Shown here in pieces: positions 22,195 through 35,109 of a stretch of DNA of 60,434 nucleotides. A program made the translations under genes and the position numbers. The stretch comes from Eledone cirrhosa. Taxonomy: Eukaryota. Within the stretch, counting starts at the first letter, position 1. Every line of letters begins with the position of its first letter. The notes under the pieces were generated by a model. The model saw only the letters and a program-made list of their open reading frames with translations, did not search any database and was not told where the DNA came from. The stretch is from assembly GCA_964016885.1 (NCBI GenBank), contig CAXHJY010001666.1:1-60434 (forward strand). The letters run 5' to 3'.

Positions 22195-22359
22195 GACTAA
22201 AAAAGTACATTATTAGAAATCCCATACATTATAAAATATAGGATGGATTGGTGTCTCAATACATAAACTAAATGTCTACTTCTGGTTTTTTCAAAAATCA
22301 ACAGGGACAACCCAGAAAAATTACCAATTTTCCACACCCCCTATTATTTGGGACCCGAG

Positions 22360-22361
<2 letters not shown>
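22195..22361. mobile_element. Right half of the mariner/pogo-type MITE
   Basis: Homologous to 17247-17305 plus 17787-17957; ends in attatttgggacccgaggg followed by TA. Confidence 0.6.
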
Positions 22362-22398
<37 letters not shown>

Positions 22399-22402
<4 letters not shown>

Positions 22403-22532
22403 AGATCAAAAGATGGTTAAAAGAATTTTTGATCTTATGTTATTTATACTCCAGTCCTACAAACTGTAGAGTGCTACTTATCCGATATTTGCATTGCTTT
22501 ATTGTGCTACAATAAAACTCACCTTCTACATT
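22399..22532. mobile_element. Small fold-back plus tail module between TA tracts
   Basis: ataagatcaaaa...ttttgatcttat inverted repeat followed by about 90 bp of unique tail. Confidence 0.5.
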
Positions 22533-22553
22533 ATATATATATATATATATATA

Positions 22554-22756
22554 AACAAAGGAAATGTGGTAAGGAACCAGGTGGACCATAACGCACCAAA
22601 GTACTCAATACTTAGGGTAGTAGAGTGGGTAATAGGAACTAGTAGGACCCCGACGGCTGAGCTCAAGCCGTTTCGACGGCTAATTCTGGACGCAGAAGTC
22701 TGTCCAGAATTAGCCGTCGAAACGGCTTGAGCTCAGCCGTCGGGGTCCTAGTCGTT

Positions 22757-22761
<5 letters not shown>
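22554..22761. mobile_element. Fold-back element, family F copy 4
   Basis: 60-bp arms at 22632-22691 and 22702-22761 (2 mismatches) with a 10-nt loop; tail at 22554-22631. Confidence 0.85.
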
Positions 22762-22792
<31 letters not shown>

Positions 22793-22798
<6 letters not shown>

Positions 22799-23381
22799 AG
22801 CCTACATATTGTCGTTAATATTATGATGTTCCCTGCTGTATTAGCGTTAAATTTTCCCTGCTGTATTAGCGATAAATTTTCGAGGGTTTCTCTTAGTAGT
22901 TTTTCATGACGTTATTATTGTTAATTTTACTGATGTAGTATTAACTTATTAACTTGGATATTTACCATGCGGTATTCTAATCCTATTGTATCTCTCTCAG
23001 TTATTTACCATGCGACCCTCAGTTCCTACCCCCCCCTCTCTATGCACTTCTTTAAGACTTACTACCCTGTCTTGAACCTAATTCATTCAATCTAAAAATA
23101 TTGAAGAGATAAGACACTTTCCCATTCTTCTCTGCTAAAATGTATCACTAGAGCTGATTCCAATTTTTCCAGCCATCCATCTAATCTACGAAGGTATTTT
23201 AGCCTACATATTGTCGTTAATATTATGATGTTCCCTGCTGTATTAGCGTTAAATTTTCCCTGCTGTATTAGCGATAAATTTTCGAGGGTTTCTCTTAGTA
23301 GTTTTTCATGACGTTATTATTGTTAATTTTACTGATGTAGTATTAACTTGGATATTTACCATGCGACCCTCAGTTCCTACC
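22793..23381. repeat. Direct duplication of about 185 bp at a 402-bp spacing
   Basis: tattttagcctacatattgtcg... begins at both 22793 and 23195 and is near-identical. Confidence 0.9.
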
Positions 23382-23409
23382 TCACAATTTCCCCCCCCCC
23401 CCACCCCCA

Positions 23410-26400
23410 CACACCACCATAGTCTATTCGACCAATCAAACCTAGCATGCCATTTCCACTGCTGCTGCTACTACCTGCCTAACTAACTCTCTCCTCCTCT
23501 GGCGCATCCCAACACACCCTGCCATTACCTCACCACCACTGTTCTTCTAGCCCTCAATTTTCCCACCGTTATGGATGGATGAGCTGGGAATACACGAGCA
23601 ACTCTGAATCAATAGATGAAATATGAATCTGCGAGCTACCAAGCACCCACGTGAAGCGCCAACCCAGAGACCCTCCCCTACGAGTGTCGACAAATGCCCA
23701 AAACTCCGAGTTGGTACCATCAATGTAGGCTCAATGAAAGGAAGAGCAGGAGAAATCGTAGAAATGCTAAAGCGAAAGGAAGTTGATGTATGCTGTGTGC
23801 AAGAGACTAGATGGAGAGGAGGGTCTGCTAGAGTCCTTGTAGGAAAAAGCCAGTGCTACAAAATTTTTCTGGGTGGGAAATGACGATGGGATGGGTGGTG
23901 TAGGTATATTATTAGCTGACAAGTGGGTAGATAAAGTAATCTCAGTGTACAGGGTAAATGCAAGAATCATTAAACTCAGACTAGTCCTGAATAAGACAAT
24001 TACCACAATAATATCAGCTTACGCACCCCAATCGGGGCTGCCAGACGAACTTAAGGATAGGTTTTACGAGTCCCTAATACACACTACTGCTCTAACAGAC
24101 GACAAGGACTTCCTAATCATTGCAGGAGATTTTAACGGACACGTAGGTAAACACTGCGACGGCTTCAATAGAGTACATGGAGGCCATGGAGTTGGCACAA
24201 GGAATGAGGAAGGATTCAGACTTCTAGAATTCTGCGACGCCAATGACATGTCGATATGTAACACAAACTTTAAAAAACCCGACAACCACCTGATCACCTA
24301 TAGATCAGGGGAGCACTCTAGTCAGTTAGATTTTATCCTCATCAGAGGACGTGACAGATGGACGGTCGTAAACACAAAAGCCTTCCCTAGTGAGGAATGT
24401 ACATCCCAACATAGCTTAGTTGTCAGCGACCTCACGGTCAGAACTAGACGAGCCCTGAAACAGAGGCCAACCTGGAGAAGAAAGATCTGGAAGCTGAAAG
24501 TCCCCTCAACCAGTAACAGATTTAAAGATATTTTACTCAACGCCTACGACAGTAAAGAAGAACAGATAGAGACATTTAACGTAGAAGAGAACTGGGAGTT
24601 CCTAAAAAATAACTTACTAGAGGCGACGGATGAGGTTTGTGGCTGGAGTAAGACCTCAAGCAGGAGGAGAGTGACTTGGTGGTGGAACAATAAGGTAGAT
24701 GAAGCAGTCAAGGCCAAGAGACAGGCATGGAAAGAATGGAAGAACGGGGGGAGCAGGGTACATTACATAGAGACCAAGAGGGAAGCTAGGCGACAAGTAT
24801 ACTTAGCTAGGAGGGAAGCAGAGGATAGAAAATTCAAGCATGTTTTACAACGTGAGGACCAGAAACAGGAGGTATTCAAAATTGCGAGGCAGTGTGTCAG
24901 AGATAGTTGTGATGTCATTGGAGAGAAGTGTATCCGGAATGATAAAGGTGAGCTTGCCCTCACAAGTGCTGAGAAGAAAGATGCATGGAAGAGTCATTAT
25001 GATAGATTACTAAATGAGGAGAATGCATGGGAAGAAGAGACCCTACCCCACGTAGACCCTATACAGGGACCAGCAGTACAAGTCAGCGGCAGCGTAGTAA
25101 GTAAGGCAATCAGAGATATGAAGATAGGGAAGGCAACCGGTCCATCGGGTATAGCTGCCGAGATGCTGAAGGCATCTGGGTCTGTAGGTAAAGGCGATGC
25201 ACTAGATAGAGGAAACTATAGAGGTATAAAGTTGATGGACCAGGTCATGAAAGTAACAGAAAGAGTTATAGCACAGCTGATTAGGGACCGGGTGAATATA
25301 GACGAGATGCAATTTGGGTTTGTACCAGGGAAAGGCACCACTGATGCCCTCTTCCTTGTGAGGCAATTACAGGAAAAGTACCTAGCTAAAAGTAAGCCAC
25401 TCTACTTGGCATTTGTCGACCTTGAGAAAGCCTTTGACAGAGTTCCACGTGCAGTAATCTGGTGGGCTCTTAGAAAACTAGGAGTAGATGAATGGCTTGT
25501 GAAAGCGGTACAAGCCATGTATAGGGGAGCAGTCAGCAAAGTTAGGATTGGCAATGAGTATAGCGAGGAATTTAGCGTACAGGTTGGGGTCCACCAGGGC
25601 TCTGTTCTTAGCCCTCTCCTGTTCATCATAGTCCTGCAGGCAATAACGGAGGAGTTTAAGACCGGATGCCCATGGGAACTCCTGTATGCTGATGACCTCG
25701 CACTCATAGCTGAATCTATGGTAGAACTAGAGAATAAATTCCAAACCTGGAAGCAGGGACTAGAGAGAAAGGGCCTCAAAGTCAACATGACAAAGACTAA
25801 GGTCCTTGTAAGTAGACGAGAAAACAGAACCCAGATCCCCTCAGGGAAATGGCCTTGCTCAGTATGTAGGAAAGGTGTAGGTAGGAACTCCATTCTCTGC
25901 CCCAAATGCAAACAATGGGTACACAAGAGATGTAGCGGGATCTCAGGAAGCTTAATTAAGAATGTAGGATTCACATGCAGCAGCTGTGCTGAAACAGCAA
26001 GCAAACAGCCACAGGAAACAAGTACCACCAATCTCTGGGAGGGCCCTGTAGAAACAGTAGACAGCTTCTGCTACCTAGGTGACCGAATTAGCAACGGAGG
26101 TGGGTGCTCAGAAAGTACAATAACTAGGGTAAGAACGGGATGGAAGAAGTTTAGGGAACTACTACCACTGCTAGCTGCAAAAGGCTTCTCCCTCAGAATG
26201 AAAGGCAGACTGTATGATGCGTGTATCCGAACAGCGATGTTGCATGGTAGTGAGACCTGGGCGCTGAAGGTGGAAGACTTACGTAGATTAGAGAGAAACG
26301 AAGCCTGCATGCTCCGATGGATGTGTAACAGTAATATACGTGAACGACAAAGCATAAAGGAATTGAGAGAGAGACTGAGCATAAGAGGAATCAAATGCTG

Positions 26401-26950
26401 CGTGCAGGAGAGGCGGTTACGCTGGTATGGACATGTGATGCGTATGAAGGATGACAGCTGCATAAAAAGGTGCAGAGCACTAGAAGTTGATGGAAACCGC
26501 GGAGTGGGGAGACCCAAGATGACTTGGGATGAGGTGATAAAAGCCGACCTTACCCAACTACACCTCTCAAAGTCAATGACACACGACCGTGACTTCTGGC
26601 GTCACGCAGTAATACAGGGTACCCGACCTCCCATGGGTACATGCTGAAGCATATAAACAATATTCCCCCCCCCCCCCACCGCAAGGTGGTCGTGGAGGTG
26701 CCACGGCAAAAAAGCACCCAGCCCACACTGTAAAGTGGACGTGTAGGCGCCACGAAAAAGCACCCAGCACTCACTGTAAATGAGGTTGGTGTTAGGAAGG
26801 GCATCCAGCTGTAGAAATCAAGCCAAATCAGTTCCTGTATGAGCAAGGCATGGTCAGCCGACCAGACACTGCCCACAACAGGACAACCCGTCTAACCCAT
26901 GCTAGCGTGGAAGAACGGACGTAAAACGGTGATGATGATGATGATGATGA

Positions 26951-26954
<4 letters not shown>
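23410..26954 (+). mobile_element. Near-full-length RTE-clade LINE (subfamily A)
   Basis: APE endonuclease plus RT ORF, 3' UTR with subrepeats of about 50 bp, (GAT)n tail. The 5' boundary is approximate. Confidence 0.93.
23623..26647 (+). pseudogene. RTE ORF: AP endonuclease, reverse transcriptase and PHD-type finger; one frameshift and a 32-codon in-frame deletion
   Basis: APE motifs VGTINV, VQETRW, SAYAPQ, AGDFNGHVG, QLDFI, SQHSLV. RT motifs [31 protein letters not shown] +1 frameshift near 23860 joins ORFs 23623-23883 and 23873-26647. Confidence 0.93.
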
Positions 26955-26992
<38 letters not shown>

Positions 26993-27140
26993 CAAGATTA
27001 AAAAACAACAAAAACAAATCATAGTCTTATTAGTTTCATGCTTGTTGGAAAAGGAAAGTCTTAATGTATTAGATGTTAGTCCTAGGAGAAATAGTAAGTT
27101 GGACATTGACGAAAAGGATGAGTGAAGTGGACATATGTAT

Positions 27141-28310
27141 ATCATCATCATTTAATATTTGCTTTCTCTGCTAGCAAGGGCTGGTTGAGTCTACATAGTC
27201 CAAGTCAGTGCTGAAGCAGGGCTACTGACCTCTCAGACAGGCTGAGCAGTCTGTAAACTGCTTATGTACAGTCATATGAAGTGCAAAGAAGTTGTGTTTT
27301 ACACAAACTGAAGCGTGCTCCTAACTCCTTGTTAAGCAAGCTTACTACGGCTGATGCCCATCCTAATACCAACCACTTTACAGCGTGTGCTGGGTGCTTT
27401 TATTGTGTAGATCACCAGCACTAGGGAGGCTGTCATGTCTTCTCTCTTGCACATCCAAATCCTCTTAAGCCAAGTATTCATCTCAGTTCACTGATGCTAC
27501 TTAGTTCATACACACTAACATTACTCATCCATCGGAGTATATTCACGTCATTTCTCTCCAGCCTTCACAGGTCTTCTGCAGTTAAGGCCCTTGTTTCACT
27601 GCCATGTAGCATTGCAGTTCACACTCAGGCATCATACAGTCTACCCTTTAATCTGAGCGAGAAGCCTTTTGTTGTCAGCAGAGATATTTCTTCCTATCTT
27701 CACCTTTCCTCCAGTTTCTCCAGGTTTGTCTTTTTGGGCTCTATCTACCTTATCATTCCACCACCATGTCACCCTCCATTTTACTGGGACCTTGCTCTGG
27801 CCACAAGCCTGGTTTGTGGCTTATAGCAGGTTGTCCCGTAGGAAATCCCACTCATTTTTCTTACTGTTAAAGGTGTCAAGTAGGATTTCTCTGTATTTGT
27901 TACCTGCCACAGGTTCTCTTAGGTTCCAGGTCTTCTTTCTCTAGCCTAGCTTTTATCTCTTAGTCCATTTAGCACTTATTCTAGTCTATTTTGGGAAGGT
28001 ACATTCTTCCCTTTTGCATATATGCTCTCATAATGGTTGCCTGGTTTCTTGAAATTTCTTTTACAAATCATTATGTCGAGAGCATCACAGAACTCCAGAA
28101 GCCTAGGCCTTTCCTCGTTTCTTGTGCGATAACCATAGTATCCATGTATGCCAGGGAATCTATCATGATGTTTCTCAATACGTCCATTGAAGTCACTAAC
28201 TGCGATAATGTCATCTGTCATTGAGTTAGTCCATAGCAGGGCCTAATAGAAATGGTATTTTTGTTTATCAGCTTGTCCAACTTGTGGCGCATGTACAGAT
28301 CACTAGGACC
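27141..28310 (-). mobile_element. Old, internally deleted RTE LINE
   Basis: Minus strand translates to SDFNGRIEKHHD...NEERPRLLEFCDA (APE), with KGRLYDA-like RT remnants and a (CAT)n end. Confidence 0.8.
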
Positions 28311-28587
28311 AAAGGATTCAATGGTCATCTAAAAATCATAGCGTAACGAGGCTGTTTGCTTGCAAACGAATCAAATATTATTATTATTTGATATAAAACT
28401 CACAAATGCATTATTTATTTATTCTATTATTCTGTTACTGTTCATTATGGCGAGGCTAAGTGAGAAGGAGAGAGGGAGGGAGTAACTGGGTGAAAATGGA
28501 GTGTGTGTTGTAAGAAACTAATTAATATGATGCCACAGGCTCCACAACCAGAAATATTCTGTTAAATACATTTTAAACTGACTCACT

Positions 28588-28921
28588 CTAGCACTACCAC
28601 ATTACAGGGTGGACTGGGTGCTGTTGTTGTGGCACCAGCACTACCACATTACAGGGTGGACTGGGTGGTTTTTTGTTGTGGCACCAGCACTACCACCTTA
28701 CTGGGTGGACTGGGTGGTTTTTTGTTGTGGCACCAGCACTACCACTTTACTGAGTGGACTGGGTGGTTTTTTGTTGTGGCACCAGCACTACCACTTTACT
28801 GGGTGGACTGGGTGGTTTTTTGTTGTGGCACCAGCACTACCACTTTACTGGGTGGTTTTTGTTGTGGCACCAGCACTACCACCTTACAGGGTGGACTGAT
28901 TGCTATTTTGTTGTGGCACCA
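28588..28921. repeat. 49-bp minisatellite, about 7 copies
   Basis: Unit gcaccagcactaccactttactgggtggactgggtggttttttgttgtg. Confidence 0.92.
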
Positions 28922-29204
28922 CCCTATGCACACATGCATATATCTATTGGCCCTGAACTTCCGATGGAGTCATGAGGTGGTATTGTTATATACGTCATGT
29001 CTTGAACATTTAAGCCTGGTGGAGCCCATCCCTTTCCAGGTCAGAACATAGCTGATTTTTTCCAGTAACAAAGATTTCACACCAGTACGCAACTGGTATT
29101 TTATCGACATTGAAAGGAAGAAAAACAAAGTTGATCTTGGCAGGATTTGAACTCAGAATGCAGAGAGTAAGAACAAATACCACAAAACATTCTATCCACC
29201 ATTC

Positions 29205-30650
29205 CCACACATGCATTCAAACTCCCCCATACTCATATATCTACACACATATGCTGACACTCACATAGCCAAATTCTCCCTATACACATATATATATACC
29301 CAGATACAGTCAAACTTCCTCATACACACATATACACGCACATACCTACACACATATGCCAATACATATATATATACACACACACAATCAAACTCCCCCA
29401 TACACATATACGCACATATTTACACACATGCCGACACACATAATCAAATTCTACCATATACACATATACCTACATACCTACACACATATAGTGAAATTCT
29501 CCCATACACACACATATATACTCACACATAATCAAACTCCTCCATACACACATATATGCATACCTACACACACACAGTGAAATTCTTCCATATGCACATA
29601 TGCCCACACAGTCAAACTCCTGTTACACACATATACCCACATACGTAAACACGTGCTGACACACACATATAGTAAAATTCTCCCATATACACATATACCC
29701 ACACATAGTCAACTTCCCCTTTGTATACAGCTATGGTACGACCACACTTGGAATTCGCATCATCAGTCTGGAACCCCTATCTTGCTCAGAACATTGACCT
29801 CCTGGAAACTGTTCAGAGACGTGCAACCAATACTCTGAACGCATTGCTTCCCTGGGCATGGATTCATTGAAGCTCTGATGTCTGGCAATGGACTTGGTAA
29901 ACACCCACAAAATTATTAACCATCTCGCCAACAACAACCCTGAGCACCTTTTTGATCTCCATGTGTCTAACACACGTGGACATGCCTACAAAGTCAGAAA
30001 ACAGCACAGCTCCCATGACTTTCAGAAACATTTTTTCACGCTTAGAGTTGCTGAAGCATGGAACAAACTACCTGCGTCAGTTGTTAGCTGCCGAGACACT
30101 GCATCCTTTAAAACCCTCATGCTTCCCGAAATTTGCCAAAACTACACCTGATGTCCCCTTCCATACACATGCACACATGTGAATATCATGACTCATGCAC
30201 TGTTCATTTTCCTGACGTTTGTATATTACCCTATGTACTATACATACACTTTTGATGAGTTGTAGTGCACCTGAGCACTGTACACAATATTTTCATTATT
30301 ATTATGTGTTCATGTACACATATACCTACACACATATACCGACACACATATAGTAAAATTCTCCCATATATATACATATACTCAGTCAAATTCCCCTTTA
30401 CACATATATGCACACATACCTACACACATGCTCACACATAGTCAAACTCCTCATACACACATATACACACATACCTAAACACATGCTGACGCACACTAAA
30501 ATTCTCCCATATATACATATGCCCACACATAAATCAAACTCCTCATACACAGATATACACACATATCCACACACACATACATTCAAACTTCCATGTACTC
30601 CCCTCTCCACACACATATGCACATATGCATGCAACTACCCATGCATGCAT
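29205..30650. repeat. Degenerate CA-rich minisatellite (caaactcc/aaattctccc motifs) with a CR1 insertion
   Basis: Recurring gtcaaactcc and aaattctcccata motifs embedded in (CA)/(TA). Confidence 0.75.
29721..30305 (+). mobile_element. CR1-clade LINE 3' fragment
   Basis: LYTAMVRPHLEFASSVWNPY...LETVQRRAT and TRGH...FFTLRVAEAWNKLP are typical CR1 C-terminal motifs; (ATT)n tail. Confidence 0.85.
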
Positions 30651-30681
30651 ATCTGACAACTGTTGCAGCAAGTGTGGAATG

Positions 30682-30808
30682 GGTGGTGGAGGTGGTGGCG
30701 GCGGCGGTGGCGGTGGTGGTGGTAGGGGTGGTGGTGGGGGTGGCGGCGGCGGCGGCGGCGGCGGTGGTGGTGGTGGTGATGGTGGCGGTGGTGGTGGCGG
30801 CGGTGATA
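30682..30808. repeat. (GGT/GGC)n trinucleotide repeat
   Basis: Direct reading. Confidence 0.95.
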
Positions 30809-31321
30809 ATGACTTCAATGGGATTTTTTTATTATTTTGCAGATTGTTTTGGAAGTTTTCCAGTCTAGAGTCTAAATATATGTGTGGGTGGGAGTAGGGG
30901 TAGGGGGGATTTGGTGTGTTGCTGCTATTGATACCTGTTTGGTAGAGTATGGGGGGCTACTTAGCTATTTTCTACTGATCGATATCATCTCACCCCCTCC
31001 ATCTCCACCACACACGACATACCTTCGATATCTCCTCACCCTCTCCCTCTCCACCACACACCAGTACCTTCAGTACTAACCCCTAACCCTCTTCTCCCCC
31101 CTCTCCATAGCATACCTGTACCTTCAGTATTCTCTTCCCTACCCACACTACACACCTGTACATAGATATTGCCCCCTCCCTCCCACTCGGTCACACATCT
31201 GTACCTTCTATATGGCTCCCCATCTCCTCCTTCACCCTTCACCCCTATCTCTACCACAAGCTGCCAGCCCCTGGGTGGGAGGGGAAGCTCACTACCACTA
31301 CTAAAAATGGTGTCTCCTCAG

Positions 31322-32484
31322 ACCACCACCACCACCACTACTACTACTACTACCACAACTACTGCTGCTATCATCACCACTACTACCGCCACCGTTACTA
31401 CTACCACTACTATTACTATACTTCCACCACCACCACCACCACTACTACCACTACTATTACTATACTTCCACCACCACCACCACCACTACTACCACTACTA
31501 TTACTATACTTCCACCACCACCACCACCACTACTACCACTACTATTACTATACTTCCACCACCACCACCACCACTACTACCACTACTATTACTATACTTC
31601 CACCACCACCACCACCACTACTACCACTACTATTACTATACTTCCACCACCATCACCACCACCACCACTACTACTATTACTATACTTCCACCACCACCAC
31701 CACCACTACTACCACTACTATTACTATACTTCCACCACCACCACCACCACTACTACCACTACTATTACTATACTTCCACCACCACCACCACCACTACTAC
31801 CACTACTATTACTATACTTCCACCACCACCACCACCACTACTACCACTACTATTACTATACTTCCACCACCATCACCACCACCACCACTACTACTATTAC
31901 TATACTTCCACCACCACCACCACCACTACTACTATTACTATACTTCCACCACCACCACTACTACCACTACTATTACTATACTTCCGCCACCACCACTACT
32001 ACCACTACTATTACTATACTTCCACCACTACTACTATTACTATACTTCCACCACTACTACTACTATTACTATACTTCCACTACTACTATTACTATACTTC
32101 CACCACTACTACTATTACTATACTTCCACCACTACTACTACTATTACTATACTTCCACTACTACTACTACTATTACTATACTTCCACCACCACCACTACT
32201 ACCACTACTATTACTATACTTCCACCACTACTACTATTACTATACTTCCACCACCACCACCACCACTACTACTACTACTATTACTATACTTCCACCACCA
32301 CCACTACTACTACTACTATTACTATACTTCCACCACTACTACTATTACTATACTTCCACCACCACCACCACCACTACTACTACTACTATTACTATACTTC
32401 CACCACTACTACTATTACTATACTTCCACCACCACTACTACTACTACTACTACAACCACTGATACTACCACCACCACCACCACA
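31322..32484. repeat. Compound (CCA)n(CTA)n minisatellite anchored on tattactatacttc
   Basis: Unit is about 44 bp on the left and shortens toward the right. Confidence 0.95.
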
Positions 32485-32769
32485 ATGTACTACATATAGT
32501 TACAGTACCGTAACTATATGCAGCAAACCATGTTGTCCGACGCTCTGCCAATTACCACAGTAGTTATTCTGCCTAATTGTATTAACTGTTGTTTTTTTCT
32601 CTAGAGTTTACATTTCTTTCCTTTGAGGTACATAAATTAGATACCAGTTACATACTGGGGTTGACAAAAATTGAGTTAATACTCCTCTTATAAAACATGG
32701 AATACTTTTGATCATTGGTCTGCCTAATCAGGGTTGGACTGGGGCTAAACAACATCATTCTTATTGTCT

Positions 32770-33245
32770 TTTCATCATTATCATTATTTTCACTAATATT
32801 GTCATCACCATCATCATCTCTTTGATCCTTTCCATTATTACCTTCATTTTTATTATTGTCATCATCACCATCATCAACCTAATCATGTCATTATCTTCAT
32901 CATTAAGCATTGTCATTGTTGTCATCATCATTATCATTGTCATCATGATTATCCTCAAAATTATCTGAGTCATTATTATTATGCTAATCATCTCTCTCAT
33001 CATCACCATCTTCTTCATCATCATCATTATATCCTCCTCCTCAGCATCATCACCATGACCACACCAACATCATCATCATCTCAATCATCATTACCATCAC
33101 CACCATCATCCTCACCACCAACATCATCATCATTTCAATCATCATTACCATCACCACCATCACCGTCACCTCAATCATCATTACCATCACCACCATTTTT
33201 ATCATCCTCACCACCATCATCACCATCTCAATCATCATTAGCACT
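32770..33245. repeat. Degenerate (CAT)n low-complexity tract
   Basis: Direct reading. Confidence 0.9.
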
Positions 33246-33745
33246 AATCTTCAACCAATCTACAAATTAATAATCTCCTTCATACAGACCTCATTAAAAT
33301 CTTAATTATGTGTTAAGTTAATGGATCTCCATTAAAATCTTAATTACCATATTCTTAACATGGAATTGGCTATTTTCCCCCCAAAATACACCTGCGAAAT
33401 TTACCTTGCATCATGAAAGCTGAGTGTTAGTTACATTAGAAATGTCTTTTTTTTTTCTTCAAAATTTAGAAGTTCAGAATAGATGTCATTCAACTCTTTC
33501 ATGACTGCATTTCTAATGAAATACACTCTATTTTAATTAATTAATGAAAAAATTTGAGAGGTTTCCTGAAATTATTAATTATTTCATTACTAAGATAGTA
33601 AATTAATGTAAAGTTTTTATCTAAAATTATGTTGTAAAATTTTAATTTAAATTGGAAACCTTTAAAATAGGTGGTTTTATTTCATAGAACCAGAACTGGT
33701 TTTGGCTGGATTGGTAACTAAAGGGTTAAAGTGAATGAGTCTTAA

Positions 33746-34085
33746 CCCTTTAGCATTTATATTACTCTATATTTACTATAAAGAAATTATTATATTTTCT
33801 TGAGGTTAACTTTGCCTTTCATCCTTACGGGGTTGATAAAATAAAGTACCAGTAATGTACTGGGTAATTGCTGGCCTTGTGCCTAAAGTAGAAACAATTA
33901 TATTTTCTTTGTAATCACTTTACCTCACATTATTATCTCACATAATATTGAATCTATGAGATTTTGATATTATTTATTTTGAGAACAATACCTTAACATC
34001 AGTATGAGTGGTCGGTTATGGCAGGTTTGAAGAGAAAGAGGTGAGAGAATTCTGGCCGGATAAAGCCGGTTTAAATGCTAAAGGG
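33746..34085. mobile_element. piggyBac-type MITE (TTAA TSD) carrying a SINE family 2 fragment
   Basis: TTAA|ccctttagcattta...taaatgctaaaggg|TTAA. A homologous copy in the opposite orientation lies at 53422. Confidence 0.8.
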
Positions 34086-34696
34086 TTAATTATGTATTAA
34101 GTGAACAGACTTCACTAAGATTGTATCATCATCACCGTTTTACGTCCATTCTTCCACACTAGCATGGGTTGGACTGTATGTGTATTAAAAGTAAAGTGAA
34201 TGGATTTCCACCATTTTCAACAGTATTCCTCATGGAGTTAAGGGCCCATAGATGGAATACTCCCTCCCATACACACAGACAGACAGACTCATATACACAC
34301 AGACTTATATACCTGCACATGGACTTTTACATTCACCCACTACTAATGCTACACCGTCTTGAACTCACAACCTTCTTCATTCATATCTACTTTCTCGCAC
34401 CACTACACTTCAATACCACCACTACCACCACCTCCACCTCCATTACATCCAGCAACCCACCACCAACACCACCACCACCACCACCACTACATCCAGCAAC
34501 ACCCCCACCACCATCACTATATCCACCATTATGTCAATATCTGTTAGTCAATATTTTTAGGTATTTCCACTTTAGAGGGAAGGAATGGTGGGGATGTGGT
34601 GGGGATTTTTATATATCTGAAGATGTTTTCTTGTTCACATTCTCTGCCTGCCTGTCTGTCTGCCCGCCTTTCTCTCACTCCCTCTCTCATTGTCCG

Positions 34697-34741
<45 letters not shown>

Positions 34742-35109
34742 CTCTCTTTATTTCTCTCTCCCTGTCTTCCTATATGTCTGTGTCTCTCTGTGTGTGCTCT
34801 TCTCTCCCTTCCCTCACTCTGTGTATGTGTGTCTGTCTGTCTCTGTGTATTTCTCTTGTCTCTGATTGTTGATGTTGCTGCTTTCATTGTTTCTCCACGT
34901 AAACACAGACATGGACACATATATTTATATATAAACACACACATGATGGGCTTCCACATAGTTTCCCTCTACTAACTTTATTCTCACAAGGTATTGGTCA
35001 ATTCAAGGCTATATAGAGGACATATAGTAGAAGACAGTGGAGCTGAACCTAAAACCATGTGATTGCGAAGTGAACTTTTTAACCACAGCCATGAAATGGA
35101 ATGAAATTT

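Noticed and set aside
23410-23622. Possible HDV-like ribozyme at the RTE 5' end
   Set aside because: No nested double pseudoknot could be identified by eye in this C/T-rich region; the true 5' end may be missing.
28588-28921. Regular repeat that could be mistaken for a CRISPR array
   Set aside because: Units are contiguous with no unique spacers, and there are no cas genes in this eukaryotic context.
30625-30897. Poly-Gly / poly-Pro ORFs
   Set aside because: Simple (GGT/GGC)n repeat.
31075-31091. ctaacccctaaccct telomere-like motif
   Set aside because: Only two imperfect units within C-rich low-complexity DNA.
31169-32563. 464-aa T/P/H/Y-rich ORF
   Set aside because: It is a translation of a minisatellite that cycles through frames; no domain or splice evidence.
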